A model generated the notes under the pieces. It saw nothing but the letters and a program-made list of their open reading frames with translations, searched no databases and had not been told where the DNA came from. Of a DNA stretch of 64,000 nucleotides, positions 57,076 through 64,000 are shown piece by piece. Positions within the stretch are counted from its first letter, which is position 1; the number at the start of each line of letters is the position of its first letter. The stretch is from Candidatus Lindowbacteria bacterium RIFCSPLOWO2_12_FULL_62_27. GTDB lineage: Bacteria > Lindowbacteria > 2-12-FULL-62-27. Made by a program: the position numbers and the translations under genes. The stretch spans positions 37,955 to 101,954 of the forward strand of contig MFPR01000028.1 of the NCBI GenBank assembly GCA_001784175.1, read 5' to 3'.

Positions 57076-57669
57076 ATGAGTAACCCACTGCCGGCAGAGA
57101 CATGGAAAGAACGGATCGAGGACATATCGGATTTTTACTGCCGCAACGGCCGGATGCCCAGCTACTCGGAGATTGGAGTACTGCTGGGGATCAAGTCTAA
57201 AAATGCGGTATCAAAGGTCGTGGACAGGCTTCAGAAACTGGGAGCCGTCGCGCGCGACCGCCGGGGGCGGATTCTGCCCCGCTCGATCGCCAGACCCCTT
57301 CGCGTCCTCGGCACCGTGGAAGCCGGATTCCCGAGTCCGGCTGAGGAGGAGCTTGTCGATACGCTGTCGCTGGACGACTTTCTGGTCAAAAACCGGCAAG
57401 CCTCTTTTCTGCTGAAAGTTTCCGGCGATTCGATGTCAGGCGCCGGCATCATCGCCGGAGATCTGGTGATCGTGGATCGGTCCAGAACGCCAAAAAATGG
57501 CGACATTGTCATCGCGGAGGTCGACGGGGAGTGGACCATGAAATATTTGAAAAAGACGGCGGCCGGCGTCGTCCTTGTTCCCGCCAACCCAAACTACAAA
57601 CCGATCAAGCCCAAGACTGAATTGAAAGTCGCAGGGGTCGTTACGGCCGTTGTCAGAAAGTATGGCTAA
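57076..57669 (+). CDS. LexA/UmuD-like S24 peptidase with N-terminal HTH
   Basis: MPSYSEI HTH, VEAGFPSPAEE cleavage site, VSGDSM, TMKY. Confidence 0.9.
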   Translation: MSNPLPAETWKERIEDISDFYCRNGRMPSYSEIGVLLGIKSKNAVSKVVDRLQKLGAVARDRRGRILPRSIARPLRVLGTVEAGFPSPAEEELVDTLSLDDFLVKNRQASFLLKVSGDSMSGAGIIAGDLVIVDRSRTPKNGDIVIAEVDGEWTMKYLKKTAAGVVLVPANPNYKPIKPKTELKVAGVVTAVVRKYG

Positions 57670-58978
57670 CGATCAGCCCATCACGCTGTCATCCTGGCCG
57701 CGCGCCATCCTGCATGTTGACGTCGACGCATTCTTCACCTCCTGCGAACAGGCCATCCATCCGGAACTGAAAGGCAAGCCCCTCATAACGGGCAAGGAAC
57801 GCGGTATCGTCGCCGCAATGAGTTACGAAGCAAAGGCGAAAGGCGTTGTCCGGGGCATGCGGATATTCGAAGCCAAAAAGGCGTGCCCGCGGCTGATCGC
57901 CCTGCCGTCCGACTACGAGACCTACAGTCTTTTTTCCGTTCGGATGTTCGACATTCTCCGGCGGTTTTCGCCGGACGTGGAAGAGTATTCGATCGACGAA
58001 GCCTTTGTGGATCTGACGGGCCTGCGGCGCATCCATCATACCGGCTATCCCGAAATTTCCGGACAAATCCAGGAAGCCGTCCAGAAAGAGCTGGACCTGT
58101 CTGTCTCCTGCGGCGTGAGTCTTTCAAAGGTTCTCGCCAAGATCGGCTCCAAGCTGAACAAGCCCCACGGCCTTGTTGCCATCCCCGGCGACCGGATACA
58201 TGTTGTCATTGCCCAGGTGCCGGTGGAAAAGGTCTGGGGCATCGGACCCAATACGTCCGCGCTACTCCGGAAGTTTGGCGTGACGACGGCGCTGGACTTC
58301 GCAAGAAAAAATGAGGCGTTTGTTCAGAAGCATCTCTCCAAGCCATATCAGATCATCTGGAATGAACTGAACGGCCGCGCGGTCCTCCGCGTGGAGACTG
58401 AGGCCAAGACCGAATATCAGTCCATCAGCAAGACCCGGACGTTCACGCCGCCGAGCGGCGACAAGGAATTTGTCTTTGGACAGGTGTCGAAAAATCTTGA
58501 AAACGCCTGCATCAAAGCGCGGCGGTACAAACTCGCCGCAAGGCGCCTGCTTATTTTCCTGCGCCGGCAGGATTTCAAGGAGTCCGGAGCGGAAGTCAAA
58601 CTCGACCGGCCGAGCGCATATCCCTCGGAACTCATGGGTCCAGCCCGGATTGGATTTGAGAGCATTTACCGGCCCGAGGCCCTGTACCGTCTGACCGGTA
58701 TTGTCCTTGCGGGATTGGTCCGGCGGGATGAGATTCAACACACCCTGTTCGACGAGCCCGCGCAGATCGAACGGATGCAGCGAATTTATGAGTGTATCGA
58801 CAATCTGTCAGATCGCTTCGGCAAGCACGTTGTTCTGCACGGCTCCAGCCTGCCGGCCAATCAGCAGGCCCAGCACGAAGGCGACCGGGGAGATGTCCCG
58901 CAGAGGAAAACAGAATTGTTCAAGGGTGAAACTGAGCGGCAGCGTTTGGGGATGCCGGTGTTGAAAATTAAAGTTTAG
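57662..58978 (+). CDS. Y-family DNA polymerase (DinB/UmuC-like)
   Basis: HVDVDAFFTSCE, YEAK, SIDEAFVD, VWGIG. Confidence 0.93.
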   Translation: MANDQPITLSSWPRAILHVDVDAFFTSCEQAIHPELKGKPLITGKERGIVAAMSYEAKAKGVVRGMRIFEAKKACPRLIALPSDYETYSLFSVRMFDILRRFSPDVEEYSIDEAFVDLTGLRRIHHTGYPEISGQIQEAVQKELDLSVSCGVSLSKVLAKIGSKLNKPHGLVAIPGDRIHVVIAQVPVEKVWGIGPNTSALLRKFGVTTALDFARKNEAFVQKHLSKPYQIIWNELNGRAVLRVETEAKTEYQSISKTRTFTPPSGDKEFVFGQVSKNLENACIKARRYKLAARRLLIFLRRQDFKESGAEVKLDRPSAYPSELMGPARIGFESIYRPEALYRLTGIVLAGLVRRDEIQHTLFDEPAQIERMQRIYECIDNLSDRFGKHVVLHGSSLPANQQAQHEGDRGDVPQRKTELFKGETERQRLGMPVLKIKV

Positions 58979-59639
58979 CAACCGGCGCGATACATTCCGG
59001 CCGGTCATTTTTCGCCGAATTGACCATCGTCGAGACCTTGTATGCCTCCATCCGATCCGGCGGATAGGGCGTGAGATAATCCTGCAGTTTGGCGGTATCT
59101 TTCAGGTTCGGATCCAGCCATGCCTCCTCATTCTCGCGAAGCAAAATGACCGGCATTCGTTCGTGGACCGGTTTAATCAGGTCGTTTGCGTGAGTCGTAA
59201 TAATCGTGAATGACAAAAGCTCTTCACCGCTGGGTTTCTTCCACGTCTCCCATAATCCCGCGAAAGCGAATGTCTCCCGGCTTTTGAGTACGAACCGAAC
59301 CGGTAATTTCAGCCGCCCCTCCTTCAGCCATTCATAGAATCCGTCCGCCGGAACCAGGCATCTGCGTCGCTCAAACGCCTTGCGATACGCCGGCTTTTCG
59401 GCCAGCGTCTCGGCGCGGGCGTTGATCATCTTGTATCCGATCGCTTCCTCCTTGGCCCACGACGGGATGAGACCCCACTTGTGTGATCTGAGAAGCTTTC
59501 CGCCCCCGGTACGCACGACGACCGGCGAATCCTGCCCGGGCGCGATGTTATATCGTGGTGTCACACAGAGCTTTTTTGGGAGATCGACTTCAAATCGCTC
59601 TTCAATATCCTCTCCGGCACAAGAGAAACGACCGCACAT
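58968..59639 (-). CDS. SOS response-associated peptidase (SRAP/YedK)
   Basis: MCGRF, RYNIAP, INARAE, DGFYEW, HERMPVIL. Confidence 0.95.
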   Translation of the reverse strand: MCGRFSCAGEDIEERFEVDLPKKLCVTPRYNIAPGQDSPVVVRTGGGKLLRSHKWGLIPSWAKEEAIGYKMINARAETLAEKPAYRKAFERRRCLVPADGFYEWLKEGRLKLPVRFVLKSRETFAFAGLWETWKKPSGEELLSFTIITTHANDLIKPVHERMPVILLRENEEAWLDPNLKDTAKLQDYLTPYPPDRMEAYKVSTMVNSAKNDRPECIAPVAKL

Positions 59640-59874
59640 GAGCGGATGGTACCATCATTTTCCGGTGACGCTCTCCCCAATTCGCGCGGATCTCTCGCTC
59701 GTATTCCTCCGGGCCGAGTTCTTCAAGGAGTTCCTTCTTCATCTTCTCGGTCAGGTTCGGATTCTCTTCCGACGAAAAATGAAACTCCTTGAATCCCATT
59801 TCCGAATCCGTACAGGCGCGGTAGAAGTATTCACGCCGGCCGGTATGAGGGTGAGGGACCTCGTTGGAGGACAC
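59602..59874 (-). pseudogene. Possible terminase large-subunit fragment
   Basis: G..YFY...FHFSSEENPNL...EEYEREIRANW resembles the end of a TerL ATPase domain. Confidence 0.35.
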
Positions 59875-59880
59875 ATGACT

Positions 59881-60957
59881 TCAAAATGATTCATGAACCG
59901 ATGGAGATGGCGACACGCTTGGCGTGACCAGGTAGCCGGCGATCGTTTTCGCGGCGGCGCCGGCCATGTCCTTTCGATTGTCGTCGTAACGGAGGATTGT
60001 GTCCATGTTTGTATGTCGAGCGAACCTCTGGGCCAAGCGAGGATCTTTGGTCACGTCCAACACGTGGGTGATCGCCGCATGACGGATTCCGTGCGGCCGT
60101 ACTCTCATCCCGCATTTTGCCCCCAGTCCGCGAATCACGGCGTAAATCATGTCGTCGCTCATTCGGTTTCCAGAAAAGGCGCCGCGAGCCACGTTCGTGA
60201 ACAGCGGGCCTGATCGGCGGTCACCCAACCATGCGCGGAGTGCTTGGATCGTTTCAGGCGGGAGACCGATCTTTTCCTTTTGAAGTCGCATTTTGCCGAG
60301 AACCCAAATGAACTCCCCTTCGAAATCGACATCCGAAACATCCAAACGCACGACCTCGCCTCTGCGAAACCCCAAATCCCAGAGAACGCGAAGCAAGGCG
60401 ACATCGCGTAGTCCCCTTGGTCCGGGTTGCCTGGCGGCTTCGTTGATCATCTTTTGCACGCCTTCAAGACCCGGGCCTCGCGTATCGCGAAGCGACAGGT
60501 AGGGAAGACGCCTGAGCGAAAATTTCCAGTTGAGGATCCCGGCCATGCAGGCAAAGGTCGAGAACTGCCGAATCGCGCTGATGTGGCCGTTGATGGTGCC
60601 GGACGAGCGCCCACTTTTCAGCAGATGATTTCGGAAATCTAAGAGCATGACGTGCGCCTTCCCCGCCCCGACTCGGTAGAGAAGGCCGAGGAGTTCGGAA
60701 ATCGTGCGTACGCCCACAAAGGCGCAAAACTGTCGCAGAGCGTTGGCATATCCGCGCTGGGTGTTGGGCTGCAGATTGCCGAAAAAAGTTTCTGCGATTT
60801 TCCGCAACTCGTCTCTTGTCAGAGCCGTTTCCTGAAAAGCCGAACGCTTCACCAGGCCAACCGCTTCATCCTCGATGTCAAACCCAAGGACGGCCTTGAC
60901 TGGAGATACACGTCGTCGTTTCACACGGGATTCAACGCGGATCTGTTCGATTTTCAT
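59881..60957 (-). CDS. Tyrosine recombinase (Xer/resolvase-like)
   Basis: PNTQRGY core-binding domain, LRD...GFRRGE, GK, PHGIRH, ARH, RYDD. Confidence 0.93.
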   Translation of the reverse strand: MKIEQIRVESRVKRRRVSPVKAVLGFDIEDEAVGLVKRSAFQETALTRDELRKIAETFFGNLQPNTQRGYANALRQFCAFVGVRTISELLGLLYRVGAGKAHVMLLDFRNHLLKSGRSSGTINGHISAIRQFSTFACMAGILNWKFSLRRLPYLSLRDTRGPGLEGVQKMINEAARQPGPRGLRDVALLRVLWDLGFRRGEVVRLDVSDVDFEGEFIWVLGKMRLQKEKIGLPPETIQALRAWLGDRRSGPLFTNVARGAFSGNRMSDDMIYAVIRGLGAKCGMRVRPHGIRHAAITHVLDVTKDPRLAQRFARHTNMDTILRYDDNRKDMAGAAAKTIAGYLVTPSVSPSPSVHESF

Positions 60958-60978
60958 TCTAAGCGTGTTCTAAGCCGA
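60957..60978 (+). repeat. Probable arm-type site abutting the recombinase start codon
   Basis: Identical to 40507-40528. Confidence 0.75.
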
Positions 60979-61046
60979 CATGGCAAAATTCGGCTTTTTT
61001 CGGCGAATTGTGGAAAACCTCAAAGTTGTAAGTCGAAGAAACTAAA

Positions 61047-61120
61047 TCGGGGCGGCGTGATTTGAACACGCGGCCTCCTGCTCCCAAAGCAGGCGCTCTT
61101 CCAAGCTAAGCTACGCCCCG
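61047..61120 (-). tRNA. tRNA-Pro (anticodon TGG), CCA not encoded; integration site
   Basis: CGGGGCGTAGCTTAGCTTGGAAGAGCGCCTGCTTTGGGAGCAGGAGGCCGCGTGTTCAAATCACGCCGCCCCGA; anticodon loop TTTGGGA. Confidence 0.97.
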
Positions 61121-61179
61121 GTCTAAGACTTACGTATACCACACCAACCGTTGGTATACACGTCGTACATGTGGTGGTG

Positions 61180-61815
61180 TCATTCGACGCCAAGTTCCAG
61201 GACCACCGGCTTGTTTACGGGGTCGTAGGATGCGTTGCAGATCGAGGCGTTGACGAAAATAGTCCGCGTGCCCTTGCGCTTGTGCACGCCGTAACCCTCA
61301 TGGATATGACCGAACACGTGAATTCTTGGGCGTATCTTCAGCACGGCCCGCGACAGGTCCTCGCAGCCCGCCTGTTCGCCCGCCTCGGTTTTGTCCCCGA
61401 TGCCGTGCGGCGGGCCGTGCGTGATCAGAATGTCCGTGCCGGTGGGGATGAGATCCCACTTGGCCTTGAGCGGGGCGCCCCGTTGGAGGTTGAACGCCCA
61501 GTCCATGAACCACGGTTGCCAGGGAGTGCCGTAAAACTTCAGCCCGTCGACCACCGCGGCCTCGTCCTCAAGGTAGACGACCCCTCTGGCCAACTTGCGG
61601 GCCTGCTCGGCGCTGAGTTGAAACAGCCAGTCGTGGTTGCCGGCGATCACCAGTTTGCGTCGATGCGGAAGGCGCCGGAACCAGTCGAAAAAATCTGAGA
61701 GCTGGTCGGCTGTTCCGGAGCCGCTCATGTCTCCGGCATGGACGATCATGTCGCCGTCCGGAACTTCCACGTTCCAGTGTTCATTATGCGTGTCCGCCAG
61801 AAATACGATTCGCAT
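61180..61815 (-). CDS. Calcineurin-like metallophosphoesterase
   Basis: DTH, HAGD, AGNHD, THGPP, FGHIHE. Confidence 0.93.
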   Translation of the reverse strand: MRIVFLADTHNEHWNVEVPDGDMIVHAGDMSGSGTADQLSDFFDWFRRLPHRRKLVIAGNHDWLFQLSAEQARKLARGVVYLEDEAAVVDGLKFYGTPWQPWFMDWAFNLQRGAPLKAKWDLIPTGTDILITHGPPHGIGDKTEAGEQAGCEDLSRAVLKIRPRIHVFGHIHEGYGVHKRKGTRTIFVNASICNASYDPVNKPVVLELGVE

Positions 61816-61895
61816 GGTCAGGATGGTATGATCCGATAGAGAGATTGCAAAGGCCGATGGCGTGGTCTGAGATCGAGGGTTCCGGAGAAACCGGT

Positions 61896-62987
61896 ATGAA
61901 AGTTGCGTTTCTGTTGTCCCGGCAGCTGCGGGTTGTCGCGGCCGACACTTGGTGGCTTTGCGCGGCGCATGCGGCGGCGGGGTGGGCCGCCTGGCAGGGC
62001 TGGACGCTTGTTTCCGGATCGGGGATCCTGCCGATCGATTTTGTTTGTTGGTCTTATCGCCAACACGGAGGTGCTGTGGCGCCGGTGTCCATCACGGGGG
62101 CCGGATCCAATCGGCGTGAGCGGATGCGGGATCGAGACCGGGATGTGATCGCAGCCGCGGACGTGCTCGTGGGGATTGCGATCCGTCGTGGCGGGATCAT
62201 GGAGGAGGAGGGGAAGAGGGCCATCCGTCAAGGCAAAGTGGTCCATGTGGCCGTGCCACCCTTCAAACAAAAGGCAACGTTCGGGAATTTTGAACTTCTG
62301 AACCTGGGTGCCCGGCCGCTGGAATTGCCGGAGTTCGATTGCAAGCAAGCGGGACTCGTGTCCGGGACCGGAGCCCGCACTTCTCAGAAGCGCCGCTCCC
62401 TGGTCTTCATCTGCCCTGATGGCGCTTCATCCGCACAGCCGCCCGCCGATTATCTCTGGCACTACACCCGCGCCTGTCCCGGGCCTTGGCCGGGCCAGAC
62501 CCCGGATGAATATTTCCACAGCCTTGTCCAGAACGATCCCGGATGCGGGCATACCGGGTTTGACACGCTGGCGAGAATTCTCGCCGGGCAAAAAATCCGC
62601 GCGTCCGGAAAAATCATTCGCGGCCAATATGAAGTCGTGTCGTTCAGTTCCGCGCCTCCCGAAGATCTCCTGGCGCGCCGGCGGTTTCGGTCCACTCTGG
62701 CCCGATGGGATTTCGAGCCCTATGCGGTTGGGGTGAGGATGGCGGCCGCCAAGGCGCTGGGCGTCCGGCCGGTTTCGTATTTGCCCTCGTCCGATTTCGC
62801 GCGCCTTTCCACCGAAGATAGGCCGTTTTTTCAAAGGTCGGACGAGGATGCGCTGGACTGGCGGCACGAAAACGAATGGCGGCACATCGGCGATTTCGAT
62901 CTTTCGGCCATGCTGCCGGCGGACCTTGCGGCGCTCGCGCCGTCCGGGGAAGCGGAACAGCTCCGCCGATTATTGACACGGTGTTGA
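61896..62987 (+). CDS. Hypothetical protein: degenerate SLOG-like N-terminus plus possible ART-like C-terminus
   Basis: RDRDVIAAAD...IRRGG; WHYTR...ILAGQKIRAS...VSFS...ENEWR. Confidence 0.55.
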   Translation: MKVAFLLSRQLRVVAADTWWLCAAHAAAGWAAWQGWTLVSGSGILPIDFVCWSYRQHGGAVAPVSITGAGSNRRERMRDRDRDVIAAADVLVGIAIRRGGIMEEEGKRAIRQGKVVHVAVPPFKQKATFGNFELLNLGARPLELPEFDCKQAGLVSGTGARTSQKRRSLVFICPDGASSAQPPADYLWHYTRACPGPWPGQTPDEYFHSLVQNDPGCGHTGFDTLARILAGQKIRASGKIIRGQYEVVSFSSAPPEDLLARRRFRSTLARWDFEPYAVGVRMAAAKALGVRPVSYLPSSDFARLSTEDRPFFQRSDEDALDWRHENEWRHIGDFDLSAMLPADLAALAPSGEAEQLRRLLTRC

Positions 62988-63009
62988 GCGGAACATAAGG
63001 TTTGCGGCC

Positions 63010-64000
63010 ATGAAACACGCAGTCATGGATTTACTGGTGTGCCCGCTCTGCAAGTCCGCCCTTCATCTCAAAAGTTTCGCGGGAGATTCGAACTGGACCC
63101 AGGAGGGCGTTTTGGAGTGCGATCGGGGCGACCGGTTTCCGATTGTGGAAGGGATACCGGTTTTGATTGAACCGCATCTTCGTCAGGACGTTCTGGGCGG
63201 GGAGGAGGACCGATTCTGGTCGAAATATCCCTCGCACCGACCTATGGGATCCGCGGCGCCGGCGGTCGAGCAGGTGCGGTCACCCAAGAAATCCGCGGCG
63301 GAGGTGTGGGGCTACCAGTGGCAGTATTTTCATGAACTCTGGAAGGACGAAGCGAGCGAGGAGCAGTTTTACCGGTGGATTCAGCCGCTGCGCCCGGAGG
63401 ATCTGAAGGGCCAACTGATCCTCGACGCCGGATGCGGGACCGGGCGGCACGTGTGGTTTTCCGCGAAGCACGCCCGGACCGTCATCGGCATCGATCTTTC
63501 CTTCGCCACCCGCGTGGCGGAACGGCTGTCACACGATCTTCCGAATGCCCACATCGTGCAGGCGGACATCTACCGGCTGCCGTTCCGGCGCGCGGTGTTC
63601 GACCGGTTGTTCTGTCTGGGCGTGGTCCATCACCTGCCGGACCCCAAGGGCGCCTATTTCAGTTATCCCGAGTACGTCAAAAAGGGCGGCTCAGTCACCA
63701 TCTGGGTCTACGGGCGCGAGAACAACTGGTTTGCGGCCTGCGCGCTGGAGGTTGCGCGGTCTGTCGTCACGCGCCGGCTTCCGTTGCCGATCCTGAAAAC
63801 TCTCTCCATTATTCCGGCAAGCGTTCTGCGCTTGGTGATTGCGTTCATCTACGCGCCGCTGAACCATGTGGCGCCTGCGCTCGCGAAAAAACTTCCCTAC
63901 AACACGTTCTTCATGCTGTTCCATCGGCTGTCATTCCGAAATCTCTGGTCGATGGTATTCGATCAGTTGAACGCGCCGATCGCGCATTACTATCGGGGCG
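63010..64000 (+). CDS. Trm112-like domain fused to class I SAM methyltransferase, runs off right edge
   Basis: Manual translation: MKHAVMDLLVCPLCKS...FPIVEGIPVL...ILDAGCGTGRH...GIDLS...GVVHHL. Confidence 0.85.
   Translation, partial: MKHAVMDLLVCPLCKSALHLKSFAGDSNWTQEGVLECDRGDRFPIVEGIPVLIEPHLRQDVLGGEEDRFWSKYPSHRPMGSAAPAVEQVRSPKKSAAEVWGYQWQYFHELWKDEASEEQFYRWIQPLRPEDLKGQLILDAGCGTGRHVWFSAKHARTVIGIDLSFATRVAERLSHDLPNAHIVQADIYRLPFRRAVFDRLFCLGVVHHLPDPKGAYFSYPEYVKKGGSVTIWVYGRENNWFAACALEVARSVVTRRLPLPILKTLSIIPASVLRLVIAFIYAPLNHVAPALAKKLPYNTFFMLFHRLSFRNLWSMVFDQLNAPIAHYYRG

Larger units (their letters stand above)
40400..61092. mobile_element. 20.7 kb integrative element in tRNA-Pro(TGG)
   Basis: 46-bp att repeats, integrase plus xis, XRE, defence and mutagenesis cargo. 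Confidence 0.92.

Overview
GC-rich bacterial chromosomal window, about half housekeeping/surface-polysaccharide genes and half accessory DNA. 1-7738: GT9 heptosyltransferase (partial), tRNA-Arg(CCG) and a Wbp-like sugar-nucleotide cluster. 8558-12920: a 4.36 kb segment bounded by an exact 18-bp direct repeat. It holds three toxin-antitoxin pairs and an ORF6N remnant, separated by four mosaic palindromic repeats in which two left arms and two right arms occur in all four combinations around a 56-bp core. This looks like a recombinase-less cassette array that is not an integron. 13049-23296: bfr, an alr-thiL-tsaE-tsaB-(inactive Y polymerase)-uvrB operon, ABC-F, RlmM-like and AKR genes. 23423-40390: a defence-rich hotspot with DUF4143 ATPase, Sir2, DUF2075 helicase, HicAB, HNH, type I hsdR/hsdS without hsdM, RAYT, YhcG and MazG, plus a DIP1984-like helical protein followed immediately by a ~250-nt strongly structured putative ncRNA. 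40400-61092: a 20.7 kb element integrated in tRNA-Pro(TGG) with a 46-bp att duplication. It carries two tyrosine recombinases, xis, a rep remnant, XRE, a PLD-helicase/N6-methyltransferase module with accessory genes, and a LexA/UmuD-DinB-SRAP cassette. The best candidates for undescribed systems are the mosaic-repeat TA array and the DIP1984-like protein/ncRNA pair. All family calls are from motif recognition by eye; no database search was run.
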